Counted from the stretch's first letter, positions 46,455-64,000 are shown. The stretch is DNA of 64,000 nt from the human T2T-CHM13v2.0 reference genome, Homo sapiens (GCF_009914755.1 NC_060931.1), one strand, 5' to 3'. Notes: generated from the letters alone by a model not told the origin. Made by a program: numbers and translations.

Positions 46455-48238
46455 TGATTTGCCTGCCTCGGCCTCCCAAAATGCTGGGCATGAGTCACCA
46501 TGCCCGGCCAAGAAGGACTTTTAAAAAAATATTGTTCTATGGGGCTGGATTAATCTTGTATCTTACACTGGTTGAACTAACAACAGAGATCTACTGAAAC
46601 ACATTCAAGGGCATGGGAAAGGAAATAAGCAATGTGAAATTTTACTGTAGCGTGTGATGTCTTGAGAAGGGGCTAAAGAGGCAGGAAACATTTGAGAGGG
46701 GAACTGGCCAATTTTCAGTATGTTAAGGGGATGTTACTCTGAGAGGATAGTGAGAGAGGGGTGGTGGAAGTCATTCACTCCAAAGGTATTCATTGGCTCG
46801 ATACACTAAACTCAGGGTACAGTTTATATCTGATATGGAAGATAAGCCTACGGCAGAAAGGAATTCCAGTTCCTGAGATGTTAGTTTCTAGACAGACACT
46901 CCAGTCTACAAAGAAGTGACATTAGTTGTTTTGAATTTGGAATATATTCTCAGAGGAATAGTACTATATAAATGGTGGTTACATTCCCAGCATAGCTCAT
47001 ATAATATATGTAACTCATAACCTATTTAATAAACATTTACTGAATACCTATTGCATGCAAAACCATGTACAAGGTTCTGAGAGTTCTGTGCTAGGCACCA
47101 AAACTCCATAAATTGTCACTAAAATAACATGGTTGTAATATATTAAATGAAACAAAAAAAGCAAATATAGTTTTTTTTTTTGTTTTATTTTAGTCTTGAA
47201 TGATGGGGCTTAACCAGGTTAAATAGGGGAGGTTAAAAGGTTTACTGTGGAGACCACATTGCCATTTGCAGAGGCTTTAGCATTTGGGAATACTGGTTCT
47301 TTATTAGATATTTTAATTAATTCTATTAGCACCATTTTTACACTAACAGGTTATGATAAGGCACTTCGTTCATTTACATCTGGAATGAAGACAGAGAGAG
47401 AGAGAGAGATGGAGAGAGGGAGCAAATGAGAGACTGGCAGAGAGAATTATTTTTGGCCTCTAGTCAGGGCTTGGGAAAGAGAGACGGCTGAAGGGAGAAG
47501 AGGACGCCTGGTTGGATAACAGCGCTGCCTGAGATGGAATGGTGGGAACACTGCGGGTGTGAGACAGAAGATGAGGAGAGAGAGAGACAGTTTGTTTCCC
47601 ATTCTGGGCACCTTGTCTGTCAATGGGCCTGAGCAGGTGGGAGGGGGCACAGGGTGCTGGCAGTCATGGAGAGGTGCACTGTGGGCATCCAGTTATTTGG
47701 TAAGATGACTCCTTTCTAAAGGAGGTCCCTGCATGATCACCAAATTCATTATGGCCACTTAAGGATGAGTGTGGAGTATGGGTGGTATGTTGGAGAGAGA
47801 ATTGTCCCTGGAATGAGGAAAGTATCTCTAGGATGGGAATGGGCATTTTAGATTGGAAAGATGGCAGGTGGATCAAGAAGAAAAACTGCTCCCCTTTGAA
47901 GGGGTGATATCAGTGAGCTCTCTTTCAAAGGGAAGCCAAGGGTCTGTCCAAATATTTACGTTTGCAGAAAGCTGGGTTGTAATGAACACTGTGTTATTCT
48001 CAGTGAGGCTTTGAAAATGGTTTTGTTAAAAACATTTCAAAAAGTCCAAAGTAAGGAGGTTTATGGCACTTGACCTTTGTGATTATATCTCATAAAATGA
48101 TTACAAGGTAGATTTCATCCTAGAGACTATTCTCATATCCTAAAAGCTAAGGCTAGACATTCAAGTTCTTGAGAAATAGGACAAAAGTCTTCACTTGAGT
48201 AAGCAATGAAACCAACAGCCCAGAAGAGTCAAGTATTA

Positions 48239-48551
<313 letters not shown>

Positions 48552-49663
48552 TTATGTTTGCCAATTGGAAAAGGAAAAGGAATGTTGATTGGTTTGGTAA
48601 CAGATGGAAACGGTCAGTGAGAAGAGATCTCAGTGGGAAGAGAAGGGTAGCAGGAGAGGCCCCGAATAGAGTGATAAGTACAATGATCACTAATGACTCT
48701 GGTGGGGAAAACTGGGCCAGTCCAAAGAGGCAAAGCTAGGGCAGGTCTGGGGTCTGGGTGGGAAAGGGGCATCTGATCTCAGTAGCTGCTCAAGGCACAG
48801 CTGCTGCATCCACATGCAACGTGAAAGGAGGAGGGAAAAACGACATTTAACACACTGTTAACATGAAGCCCCGGGACTTAATTTTTAAAAGGTTAACGTT
48901 CTTATGTGGAATATTCTCCTTTCCAAGGTTACCCATTTCTTTATGTTGCTAGGTCAACAAAGTATTATAACCATTGGAATAATAATACTGATAGCAGCTA
49001 ATATTTATTATGAACTTACGATGTACCAATATTGTGCTGGGTGCTTTTCTGTGTATTTCATTCTCAGGACAGCATTATCAGGTAGATTTTATTATTATTC
49101 CTGCTTTATCTGTGAGGAAACTAGGTATTGAAGGATTAAGTATGTTACCCAGGTCACAGAACTGATAAGTTTTAGAGCAGTATGTTATACATATTTTCTT
49201 ATTGGCTTGGAGGGAAAGTACTAACATACGGTTCCCGGAGTTTTCTGTTTTGCAGCTAAGTGACACATTTTTGGACCTGCTTATCAGGTTAGTAGTGTCC
49301 CTTCTCCTTCCCTGGGTAGAGCAGAAGGAGGGAGAAGACTATTATCCCAGAAATGCAAGTTACAAGTCCTTGAAAAACAAGGCATTCTTGTTATGAGTTC
49401 CATTCTCAGAGAATGATGTAATTAGTGTGGGGTGCAACCTGCACCCCTGGTGATTCTAATGTGCAGCCAAGGTTGAGGACCACTGCTCTGGCAATAGGAA
49501 AGGTAAATACTATAAAAAATATCCTCCTGAGCCTGGTGTGGTGGTGCACAGCTGCAGTCCCAAATACTTAGGAGGCTGAAGCAGGAGGATGCAGAAGGCC
49601 AGAAGTTTGAGGATATGGTGTGCCATGATTGCACCTGTGAACAGCCACTGCACTCCAGCCTGG

Positions 49664-50451
49664 TGTTAAATAATTAATAGATCTGAGAAAGGCAGCATGA
49701 GACAGAATCTGCCTCTTTTTTTTTTTTTTTTTTTTTTTTTGAGACAGTCTCACTCTCACCCAGGCTGGAGTGCAGTGGTGCCACCTTGGGTCACTGCAGC
49801 CTCTGCCTCCCGAGTTCATGCGATTCTCCTGCCTCGGCCTCCTGAGTAGCTGAGGTTACAGGCATGCCCCACCATGCCCAACTAATTTTTGTCTTTTTAG
49901 TAGAGTCAGTGTTCCGCCATGTTGGTCAGGCTGGTCTCAAGCTCCTGACCTCAACTGATCCACCTGCCTTGGCCTCCCAAAGTGTCTCCCAAAGGGATTA
50001 CAGGCGTGAGCCACTGCATCTGGCCATCTCTTTTTCTTTTGTTTCTCATTTTTATTTAATATTTTAGAATTTAAAGCATTTAATTAAACAAAAACCAACT
50101 CATAAATTGGGCAGTCGCCAAACCAAAATAGGTTCAGAGACTCTGCCGCCGCCAGGTGGTGGAAGAAGGTTTATGGACAGAAAAAGGAAAGTGACCTATA
50201 GAAAACAGAAGTGAGACACAGAAACAGCCAGATTGGTTACACCTTAATGTTTGTCTTATTTGAACACGGTTTGAACAGTTGGCTGCCTTTGATTGGCCAA
50301 AACTAGGTGATTGGCACAAGAGTAGGTTACAGTCTGTTTATGCATCCAGTTAGGCTGCAGTTCATTCTGTATGGAGAAATCTTTAGGCCAAACTTAAAAG
50401 ACATGAGGAGGTAGCTGTAGGCTATACTTAACAATTCCCCCTTTCTGGTTA
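49664..50451 (-). mobile_element. MER57-family LTR (with Alu 49715-50025) inserted into a FAM monomer (49530-49663 and 50452-50489)
   Basis: MER57-like GATTGGCC/GGTTACAGTCTGTTT motifs; FAM halves rejoin as CCAGCCTG|GGCAACATAATGAGAC. Confidence 0.7.
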
Positions 50452-52487
50452 GTGGGCAACATAATGAGACTTCATCTCTTAAAAAAAAATCCTTTAATAG
50501 AAATAGAACATTGTAGATAAAGAACACTGTAGATTACCTCCCCCAATTAAATGACAAAAGGCAGGAAAAATAGGAAGGACAAGTATAGGGTATTATCCTA
50601 GAGATTAGAGAGAAAAAAAGGTGAGTCATGAGTTACTCCCACGAAGCTCAGCATCTATTTTATTTTTACTTCTTTGTCCAGGGAAATGCAAAACTTGATT
50701 AGAGTTAGGGATGAGCCAGAAGAAAATGTGAAAGGTTGAAAATTAAGAGCAGTTAATAAAGATTAAGAAAGTGGGATTAATCATCAGAAATAAGAAATAA
50801 ATAAATAAATCAGCCAAAAATATTTATGTACAATGCACTGTGGGGATATACACATAACATATTCTGTTCTCAAATAACTCATAATTTAATTGATGAAATA
50901 TGAAATACGTGAAAAGTTACTGGTTATAGTATGTGTGGCAGAAGTCAGATGAGGGAGATATCATTTCTGCTGCTGGAGTAATAATAATGCCTTATAAATT
51001 ATAGTATTTTCTAGTTTTGAATCTTTCATATGATCCTCTTATCTTGTGAAATTTACAGGACAGATTTTTAGTGAAATTACCCAGATACGTTTTATGAATT
51101 GAAGCTCAGAAAAGGGAAATAATCTGCCTAGTATCACTCACACAGTAAATGGCAACAGAGGAGTGACCAGCAAGCACACAGGCCTCCTGACCTGGTTCTC
51201 TTTGCTACATAACAGAAACAAAGAGGGTTGAGCTGAGCCTTGAATTAGCAAGTGTTGGGCAGAGAGGCCTTGGGAGGAGGGCATTCCAGGAAGGGAAATG
51301 GCATGAACCTGTTTGGGAACCAGTGGGTGGGGCCAGGCTGCAGGCTGGAGGTAAGGGCAGATCCTGAGGGGTCTCTGCACCTCAGTTAAGGCATAGGGAT
51401 TTACACTCAGGCAGAGGGGAGCTATTCAGGATGGCTGCCAAGGAATGTGACATGAGGAAAACAGGATTTTAATGACTAGGAAGAAACTTAGCTACAGATC
51501 TGGAGCCTTTGGCTATAAGAACATGTAATGATAGGATGGGTTCTAGAATAACTCTCATATTTCTGGGTTGTTTAGATACAGATTTTGCTTAAAAACTGAA
51601 AGAGATCCAGTAAAACAGACGCTTCGTTAGGACTTCTTTTTGACATTTAACTATAAAAAAACAAACGGGAAATGACTTACTTTATAGATGACTCTGTGAC
51701 ATGGCGATGACCACATGCTGGGCCTGTCACAATGGTTTGCCAGGTAAAATTCAAATGTTTTCAACCTCCCAAAATTATCACTTGCCTATCTCATGGATTG
51801 CTGGATGCCAAGAGATAATATATGGAGAACACTTGGCACTGCTTCTCACCAACCATGTTAGCTATTATTATTTTCAAACGTCTAGATATTTTCCCTCTTG
51901 ATTTATAATTTTCTCTTTTTATCCATGTGGAGTTATGGGACAGAGGTTAAGGTCAGAGACTAGAACTTCACAAACTAGATTTCTGTGATCATGACATAGT
52001 CACAAATTCTGAGTCACAGTTTCCTTATCTATAAAATGGAAATGATGATGCTAACCTTAGGAGGTTATTGAAAGGGTTAAATGATGTATTTAGAGTGGTT
52101 AGGTGTGTAGCAATTTCTCAATAAATGGTGGCTATTGCTTTATTTCATTTTAAACTTGACACCAATATGATAATAATGGCTGGAACAATAATAGCTTGCA
52201 AATCTTTCTGGAAATCTCCCATTTACTCTCTGCATATTTGGAGTGACTGGAGGTATTATAAGTTGTAAGAATAGGGTTGGAGGAACACAGTGTGAGAAAT
52301 GCAGCCCTCCTCCACCATCTTCCTGGGGGCAATCTTTTTTTTTGGTAACTGTGGAATGTTCCATAACTACCAACAGCACATGAAATCAGCTAAGAAAACT
52401 GAAAAATGTAAATCATAGTCAAAATCTCAAATTTTACATTCAGATAGAAAATGAAAATAAACTTTTAGATTTTTTTTTTTTTTTTAA

Positions 52488-52766
<279 letters not shown>

Positions 52767-52791
52767 TAGATTTTTATAAAGGTATTGACTA

Positions 52792-53037
<246 letters not shown>

Positions 53038-54009
53038 TTACCTATGTAGTTACAGCTTTAGAGAGATTCAGCTTGCTCTTGAATTCTTTTTATTTTTTAT
53101 TTTTTTTAAGATAGCGTCTTGCTATGTTTCCCAAGCTGGACTTGAACCCTTGGGCTCAAATGATCTTTCCACGTCAGCCTCCTGAGTAGCTGGGACTACA
53201 GGGCAGGGCAGGCCACCACACTTGGCTTGTTGCTCTTGAATTCTTGAGCATGTGCAGGAGCAGCATGTGGGCCACACAGACTGTGAATGAGTCTTTAACT
53301 CTAGTGCTCTCAGTAGTAATAGGAGTCACTAGTACTTCACCTTTCTTCTTAATGAGAGAGATCTTAGGTAAATAGTAAGTGTTCCTGGATCCTCTTTCTG
53401 ATCTTTTTTTCTGGCCTCTGGGGGCTCAACAAATACATTTCTATATTATCTGTTTTGGCTTTTCTCTGCCTAAATATCAAGTTTTCTGAAACTGAGTTAG
53501 TACTTGCTTACCAAAAAGGTATTGAAAGGGAACATCTTAAACAATACAGCTTTTTAGATTTTGTTTTATATCTGATAAGCTTTACCAAACAGCATGGCTC
53601 GCTTTGCTCTCGTGATAAGTTTCAAGTTAAAGAATGTTCTGAACACCCATCTTCATATGTAATAAGAACAAGGGCTGGTGTTTATTGAACACTTACCATG
53701 TGCCAGTCACTGTACTGTTTTATATACATCATCACATGCAATTTTTAACATTACTATAAGAAAGGTACTGTTATTCCAACTTTAGTGAATAAAGAAATTG
53801 AAGCGGAGAGAGAATAAGTGATTTGTCCACATCTCAAAGGTAGAATTCAAACTCAGGCAATCTGATTCTAGAGTCTGCACTCTTAACTTCCTAACTTCTT
53901 TCCTTCCTTCCTTCCTTCTTTCCTTCCTCCCTCCCTTCCTCTTTCTCTCTCTCTTCCTTTTCCTCCCTCCCTCCCTCCCTTCGTTGTCTCTCTTTTTTTT
54001 TTTTTTTGA

Positions 54010-54321
<312 letters not shown>

Positions 54322-54497
54322 TAAGTGGAAGAGTAGAAACCTAATGCTGTACTAGTTCCTGGAAAGATTTTTTTATAAGGGTTGTTAGAGGATGCTCATC
54401 TTTTAAAAATTCCCTAATAGTGACTGAATGGTTGGAGAGAGGTAGAGGCTTGGAAGAGCAGGAAATTAAGATGACAACTTGTTTTTTCAGTCCCTTA

Positions 54498-54805
<308 letters not shown>

Positions 54806-56246
54806 TCAAAAAAAAAAAAAAGTGTTGTTATGAATTCAACACATATTTCTGTGATTTCTTGCTAACTATGTGTACTTCAGATAATTTCAGAAATTACTGA
54901 ATTCAGGATTGAGAAAAAGAAATCTACTTTGACAATTTACGTAACAAAGTCATAAAAATTTTACTTGTTTATGTATCATACTTATCATTTCCTTTAGAAC
55001 ATTTATAGTTCTTTTGCATGGCACCATCTCTCCCCACTTCTGCTATAGAGCTAAGCATGGTGCTCGATACTAACAGCCAGTATACTTGATACAGCTTTCA
55101 CTGCCTTTTTCCAATGCTGCCTAGTCTGAGAGGCAATGGGAAAGTTCAGCATGGTACACACATACTGCAGTCATTATACGCTAGCAGGGTAAGAGAATAA
55201 CTGCTAACATTTATCTCTGTTATTTGATAAGTAGGTTCTATTAATAATATTCCCATTTTGCAGACTGCGAAGCAGAACAGAGGAGTTCAGAAACTCTCCC
55301 ATGGACCGCAGGTGAGTAAGTGGCAGATCCAGAATTCTACTCATGCAGTCTGACTCTAGAATCCATGCTCTTACATATTCCACTATGTTAGCTTTCAAAA
55401 CGTTACTGTCTGCTAATAAGACACCGAGGTTGAGGCTGACGATGGCAATATTCTGTCCTTGCATTTTGGTCCAAATATTCATGTATAGAGGAACTGCAGG
55501 ATAGGACAATTCTTGAGTCTTTTCTACCTCACCTAAATGCACTCAACAAATATTTGTCTTTGCCTACCATGTATCATTTCTGTCCCTCTCTCAAGTGTTT
55601 TCACTCTTTCTCCAGAGGTGGCCTCTCTGTTTACGCACATGTGTAGGACTCCTCAGCAAAGACCGAGGTGTCTAGTGTGGGAGAGATTCGATGACTAGTG
55701 TACGGGATTCCTGATAAAACACATTCACAAAGACTCCAAGGTTTGCAGCTGGGAGAACCTGCTCCAGGGTGTTAAGAAGGACTGAACAAACTACTCCCAT
55801 TGCTTTCTGCATCTTATTTCAATGGGGATCTTTCAATTCTATCACTGCTGCATCCACGTCCAGACTCTGTGATTGATGCAAACACTGTCCCTTGTGCTGA
55901 TCACCTGGGCTAGGACGAAATTTTTAAAAGCTAAACCGTGAGAGCAGGAAAGAAATAAAAATAGAAAATAGAAGTGGAATAAAAACCACCAATTCTACAA
56001 CGTTTTGGTTTCTGATTGTAACATGAGAGGCTGTGTCAAGGGGAAAGTTTGGGAGCACCTGCAGAGAGTCTGATTTGATGGGTCCATGGTGGCGCGCCAG
56101 CTGATTTGTAAAGTCGCAGCTGTGAACAAGTTTCCTGATCTATTGAGTCACACATTTGTGACTTGAGTCCTTTGTGCTCCTTGCTTTAATTTTATTATTG
56201 AAGAAATCCCAATAATAAGAATTAATACAGTTCTGATTCCAGGTCA

Positions 56247-56498
<252 letters not shown>

Positions 56499-57189
56499 TT
56501 AATCATCAAAAATTTATTGGGACCCTTTTTTAAATGGCAGAAACTGTTCTAATGCTGGGGGATAGGACAGTGAGTCAATGTCCCTGTGCTCATGGAATTA
56601 GCATTCTCTTGGAATGTATACCACAAAACAGGACATTTTCTTAATTTTGCTAGACAAAACTAAATTTAATTTTAAAATAAATCATGCCCAATTCTTTGTC
56701 AGTGAGTAAGTTTCATAACTCGTATAAAAAATATAAAGCAAAAAATAAATGAGTTTTGTGTTTGTAGAATGGTATAGTTGCTTTTAATTACTGTGTCTTA
56801 TTTTAAGAGGCTCCCAGGAATTGTTTTGGGCATTCTGCTTCAGCAAAGTGATCTCTAACCATCTTTGAATGAACTTTCAACCCAGGCCATCTGTTTCTTT
56901 AAGCAATCAATCAACAATCAACAATCAACAAAATATAACCCCTGTTTATATACACAGTACTGCTTCAAAATCAAAAAGCCAAAAACAGCTAGCACACTGA
57001 AGGAAAAAATAAACATGTTAAAGAGACCATAGGGATATAATTTTCCTATCATTTGGAGAACTGGCAGAGGTTAAAAAAAAACCATGTGGGAGCTGTCTAA
57101 ACTAGAAGAAAAGCAAAATTAGGAAGTCCATGGGATAGAGAAATGTTATTCATAACAAGAAAATTAAGCAGAAAAAAGCAAGACCAAGT

Positions 57190-57580
57190 GTTTATGTGTT
57201 GAATTCCTCCCTTCCGCCCTCATCCATATATTGAAATCCTAGTCTCCAGGGCCACATATTGTAACCTTGTATGGAAATAGGGTCATTACAGATATACTTA
57301 GTTAAGACCGAGTTATTCCATACTGGAGCAGGGTGGGCCCCTAACCCAAGATGCCTGGTATCCTTTTAGGAAAGGGAAAGTTGGACACAGACAAACACCT
57401 GAGGAGGATGCCATGTGAAGATAAGGCAGAGATCGGGATGATGCATCTACAAGCCAAGGAGTGCCAAAGATCACCAGCAAAGCCCAGAAGCCAGGGGAGA
57501 GGCACGGGACAGAGTCTCTATCACAGTCCTCAGAAGGAACCAACCCTGCTGAGGTCTTCATCTCAGACTTCCGGCCTCCC
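57190..57580 (+). mobile_element. MLT1 (MLT1B/C-like) LTR
   Basis: GGAAATAGGGTC...CTACAAGCCAAGGA...CAGAAGGAACCAACCCTGCTGA. Confidence 0.8.
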
Positions 57581-57782
57581 ACCTTGGAACTTGCCAGGCT
57601 ACAAGCAGAAAGGTGAATCCAAGAAATATGACCTAACAAAAAGGACTTTACTTTTCAAACTGTTTATGAAGAGAATTTGAAAAGCTCAAGACAAGGGTTC
57701 TTCACTTTGTCGTTTTTTAAAAAATAGAAAGACCAAAAAAACCTAGAAGTTAATTTTAATAGCCTTTTGAATAGGTCTTTAG

Positions 57783-58151
<369 letters not shown>

Positions 58152-58239
58152 TGAACTCCTGACCTTGTGATCCACCTGCCTCGGCCTCCCAAAGTGCTGG
58201 GATTACAGGCATGAGCCACTGCGCCCGGCCACTCTGGAA

Positions 58240-59235
58240 GCTATTATATAAGATGAGCCTGGATTATTGCAGAGTGACAGAAAGAAAGGAAATGCTAAAA
58301 GGAAAAAAAAAAGAAAGCCAAAACCCCACGATGATGGGGAAATGTCAAAAGAATATAGGAGCGAACTCAAAGAGCTCCTCATTGCCAATCTTAGTAACAA
58401 AAGAAAGTGGTATTGGATTGCTACCTAAGTACTAAAGCACAAAATAAATTTCCATGAGTCTATACTGAGAGAAATAAGTGATTGAATAAATAAACAAATG
58501 GAGTGGAATCGATACATCTCCCATGTAGAATGCCAAATAATTTATGCAGGTAGTCTGCTTTCAAGAAGGTGGAGTATAAATCCAGATGCCTTAAGTGTGG
58601 GCTGCACACAGACACACAGAGAACTTCTTCTAGAGTGCAGTGTGGAAAGGAGGAAAGAAAGAGTGTGTGTGCAGCGGGGAAACCTGCTGAGGACACCTCT
58701 GCCGGGCAGTCAGGGTTAACATCACCAGGGATAGATCATGCCAACGGCATGTACCCTTGCTACGATGCGATGAAAACAGAACTTTATCTCTGTGGTCTTC
58801 CTTCCACAAATACATCATCCCAGTCTAACCATAAGAAAAATGTCAGTCAAAGCCCAATTTGGGGGCATTCTACAAAATATCTAACCAATAATCCTAAAAA
58901 TTGTCAAGGTCATTAAAACAAGGGAAGTCTGAGAAACTGTCACAGCCAAGAGGAACCTAAGGAGAGATGGTGACTGAATGTAATGCGGTACTCTGGATGG
59001 GATCCTGGGACAGAAGAAGGACATGAAGGAAAAACTGAGGAAATCTGGATAAAGCATGGATTTTGGGTCACAGTGATGCATCAGCAATGTTTCATTAATT
59101 GTGACAAATGTGCCATATTAATGTGAGATGTTAACAATAGGGGAAGCTGCGTGTGATGTACATGGGAACTCTCCACACTATCTTCTAATAATTCTATAAA
59201 CCTAAAATTATACGAAAATAAAACATTTACTAAAA
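58240..59235 (+). mobile_element. Old L1M (L1MB/L1MC-type) 3' end
   Basis: GGAAGTCTGAGAAACTGTCACAGCCAAGAGGA...GATGTTAACAATAGGGGAA...A-rich end. Confidence 0.75.
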
Positions 59236-59744
59236 AAGATTTTCAGGGGATATAACAGGAGAGAAATCAAAGTAATGTTACCCTGGACTTGCACCAGCCT
59301 TTCCTTCCAACTGTTAAGACATAGTTTTCAGGCCAGGCACTGTGGCTCACGCCTGTGATCCAGTACTTTGGGAGGCCGAGGTGGGCGGATCACTTGAGCC
59401 CAGGGGTTCAAGACCAGCCTGGGCAACATAGCAAGAACCCATCTCTACAAAAATTACAAAAATTAGCCAGGCATAGTGGTGCACACCTGTAGTCCCAGCT
59501 ACTTGGGAGGTGAAGGTGGAAGGATCACCTCATCCCAGGGAGGTCAAGGCTGCAGTGAGCTGTGATGGCACTACTGTACTCCAGCCTGGGCGACAAAGTG
59601 AGACTCTGTCTCAAAAAAAAAAAAAAAAAAAAGAAACGTTTTCATGGGAAGTCTCACTTGTTTTCACACTTCTAAGACATAGGAAATGTCAATTTTTTTT
59701 TCTTTGATTATAACAGAGAAGGAAAATATAAGTTATTTACTTAC

Positions 59745-59774
59745 CCTACTGTTGAATTAGGCGGCTTGGGTATC
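59745..59774 (-). CDS. SPMIP4: C7orf31/SPMIP4 30-nt microexon (IPKPPNSTVG)
   Basis: TTTTTATTCTAG acceptor, GTAAGT donor, phase 2-2, joins flanking exons in frame. Confidence 0.9.
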
Positions 59775-59830
59775 CTAGAATAAAAACAGGAAACAAGTTC
59801 TAACTTATATTGAGGGCTTTTAAAGGTTTA

Positions 59831-60004
<174 letters not shown>

Positions 60005-61427
60005 TTAGCTAGGCATGGTGGTGCATGCCTGTAATCCCAGCTACTCAGGATTACCCAGGAGGTGGAGGTTGCTGGGTGACAGAGCAAAAGTCTGTCTCAA
60101 AAAAAAAAAAAATAATAATAATGATATACCCCATTTTCAAACTGTAATGTCATTAAGATAATGTTCTTGATTAACTTTCTGGATTCCTGAATATTGACAA
60201 GACAGGCATATGTTGTTTCCTTATCTCAGTTGTCTGTTGATTAATTTTTCCATCCATTTATTCTAACCTCACCACTGTTTCTGCATTTTCCATTTGTGGT
60301 GAAGATACAAGGGATGACTACTTCTAATGATAAGAGAGCTCTGGTTCTTTCTGACCTTTACTCTCATAGTCAGGCAGTAGCCAGAGTGCTCTGAGGAAGC
60401 CTGACGTTATACATGGGGTGCAATTTCATAGCCTAAAGTGACGCGAGTGTGGCCCAGCTGGAGAGGATATTTAAGTACCATGTATGCTTTCTACCTTTGC
60501 TCTGTGTTGCTGATCTCTCATGATAGTAAATGTTGCCCGGTCAGCAGAGGGAATAGAACAAAACTGACCAAGTTCCTGGAAGCATGCCTTTTCTGAAGCA
60601 GTTCATTCCAAGGCTGTGCATTTACTAATTACTCCGAACCTTGCATGCCAAGAAATAATCCTGTAGCCCTGGAAAAAAGTCGACTAAAGACGGGTAATCA
60701 TCCACCTACATTGGATTTCAACAATTCGTTTCAGCCTATGCAAATAAAATTCTGAAAGATTCCAGGTGTGAAAAATGAACAGAATGTTATCAATTTGATA
60801 GTAAAAGTCAGTAAAATTGAATACACTGTTTAATTTTTTAGATGTTCCTCCATGCTAGCAGATACTCCCTAGAAAGTGGCATGTAAGCCATATAAATTTA
60901 TTATCCTGTAATGTATTATAAACACCTGACTCTCATGAACTATAAAAGTTTATATCTTTTTAAATTTCAACTCTAAATCTGTGGGCACGAAACTAAAAAA
61001 AGCATGTTCTATCTTCCATCAACATCACTGAGTTGGAAAGATGGTGGGGGCACAAAGGGCAGGGAAGTGATGAATATATGAATCCAAGGAATCTAGAGTT
61101 GTTATTAATAGATTGGCAACTATATATAATACATTAAGCTAGCATCTAAAATTATTCTTATGTGACAAATTCCACTACAATATTGATAAGCATATGCCTA
61201 AAAGCATATGCCATTTTGATTTGATTCGAAATGAAAAAAAAAATAAATTTAAAATATAAAATCTTTTTTAAAACTTCAAGATCTGAAAAGATAAAATGAA
61301 AGTAACAAATGCTGAGACACCTCTTCCTTGACCTAAATCAGCCCATTAATTTTACTGCCACCCTTCACATCTGCTTTGCAAAAATCACCAAAGGGATAAA
61401 CCGAGACAACCACAAATTTTGTCTTTT

Positions 61428-61446
61428 TGGCGCCATCTAGTGGCTA
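61428..61446 (-). promoter_or_regulatory. Strong CTCF motif (TAGCCACTAGATGGCGCCA)
   Basis: Near-perfect CCASYAGRKGGCRS core in unique intronic DNA. Confidence 0.75.
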
Positions 61447-61560
61447 ACTTCTATATTAAATTTTTACCTATCAACAACTAGTACTTCTTAATAAAGAAGT
61501 GATAGTTCCATTATTACTTCTATGCTGTCGTGTTTAATATTTATTTGTTTGTTTGTTTGA

Positions 61561-61911
<351 letters not shown>

Positions 61912-62430
61912 TAACAAAATAATACACTTGAAAAGAATACCTTTAAGTGACGGGTAAATTAACAAGTATGCCTTACGTTAAAAATAATACTTAGGAAGTG
62001 TTATTAAGAGTTATTTGTAGATGATAATAAAAAACTTCTATCCTTGTAAAATTCTGGTTGAAAATTTATTGAGGGCCACTATGGCATTTTCTATTGATAT
62101 TTTAATAAATGTAGCAGATTCTTACTAGGTTGGGTAAGTAGGTCAAAGGCAGGAAAATGGACCAAGATAACTTTTAGGAATCCCTTTGAACATTACTATT
62201 CATCAGCTCCTGTTTTTTTTTCTTGATTTCTTTAAACACTAAAAACTATTGGTTTGTTATTTATTTGCTTTTGTTTGTTTGGTCTTGGTTTCTGGCATTG
62301 TCTCTATTTTAAAAAAGAAATAATTTGTTTCTCTAAAAGTCCCCATTTGGGGCTTTAAAAATGTCTCATATAACTCATTTCCACTTAAAAATGTTATTTG
62401 ATTTTATATAAGGAAAAAAACCCAGACTTA

Positions 62431-62526
<96 letters not shown>

Positions 62527-62660
62527 TTAAACATGTTTTAAAATTAACACAATATAATGGTGAGATAGTAAAAGACAAATAGATTAATAACATATCCACA
62601 TATATGTAGAAATTCAATATATGAAAAGGTGTCATTTTATTTATTATTATTTTATAATAA

Positions 62661-62792
<132 letters not shown>

Positions 62793-63244
62793 TAAACCAG
62801 GGGAAAAAAGATGTATTTTTCTTTTTTAAAATGTTAGAACTTTTTATTTATTTTATTTATAGATTTTTTTTTTTTTTTGGTAGAGACAGTCTTGCTATGT
62901 TGCCCAGGCTAGTCTCAAACTCCTGGACTCAAATGATTCTCCCGCCTCAGCCTCCCAAAGTGCTGGGATTACAGGCATGAGCCACCATGCCCAGCCAGGA
63001 TGTATTTTTTAATATAGAAAAAATTCAGTATTCATTTGAAAAATAATCCATCTCTATTTACACTATTCAGAAAGATAATTTCAGATGGATTTAAAAATCT
63101 AAAGTATTTGGGGAAAAACCTGTACAAAAATTAAAAGAAAATGTATAGGAATATGCTTTTTCTTTGGTGGTAGGAAGGACCTTTAAAACAATAATTCTAT
63201 TTTAAAAGTCAAAAGCCTGAAAGAAAATTTGATCATCAAATTTA

Positions 63245-63595
<351 letters not shown>

Positions 63596-64000
63596 TTATC
63601 AGACAAAACCGTAGAAGTTCAAATAAAATAAAAATTAGAAGAAATACTTGCAAATATTAATAAAGATAACACATAAAGGATTGTTTCCAGAACATAAAGA
63701 ACCAACAAGAATCTATAAGTAAAATACAAACAATAAAAATGGGCGAAGAATAAACGTAGAAAAGGAAATGTAGAATGGCCATACCTAAAGGATAAGAAAA
63801 GTACTCAACCCAACTAGTAAGCAGAGAAATGCATTCTCATAACCATGATACCCTCTATATTCATTAGATAGGCAAAAACTATACATTTTGATAATATAGA
63901 TGGCCGGGAGTGTGAGGAAATGAATACTTTTAGACACTACCATGACAATATAAATCATTTGTGCTACATGCACTAAGGTTTAAAAAAATCCCTATACTAT

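Noticed and set aside
53896-54000. Polypyrimidine (CTTC/CCCT)n tract as a regulatory or triplex element
   Set aside because: Microsatellite expansion at an Alu tail, a common feature

Overview
Human (primate) genomic DNA, recognisable as chr7p15.3. The window holds the complete somatic cytochrome c gene CYCS (minus strand, 3 exons, CpG-island promoter, ~5 kb Alu-rich 3'UTR) and the last seven coding exons of C7orf31/SPMIP4 (minus strand, 5' end outside the window). All splice junctions were checked for GT-AG and reading phase. The rest is dense in Alus, L1, LTR elements and DNA transposons. The most notable feature not explained by ORFs or ordinary repeats lies between the two genes (~30995-35662, plus strand). 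It is a 5'-truncated processed retrocopy of the lncRNA NORAD (LINC00657), broken up by LTR8, MER1A, an HERV-W LTR17 and an Alu. It still keeps NORAD's ~300-nt repeat units, their hairpins and seven perfect Pumilio response elements, and appears to be polyadenylated at an internal AGTAAA. Other oddities: a 47-bp copy of C7orf31 coding sequence just past its poly(A) site, three tandem-Alu arrays with triplicated target sites, inverted Alus in the CYCS 3'UTR and a nested THE1C provirus. Gene and repeat family names come from recognition and recall, not from a database search.
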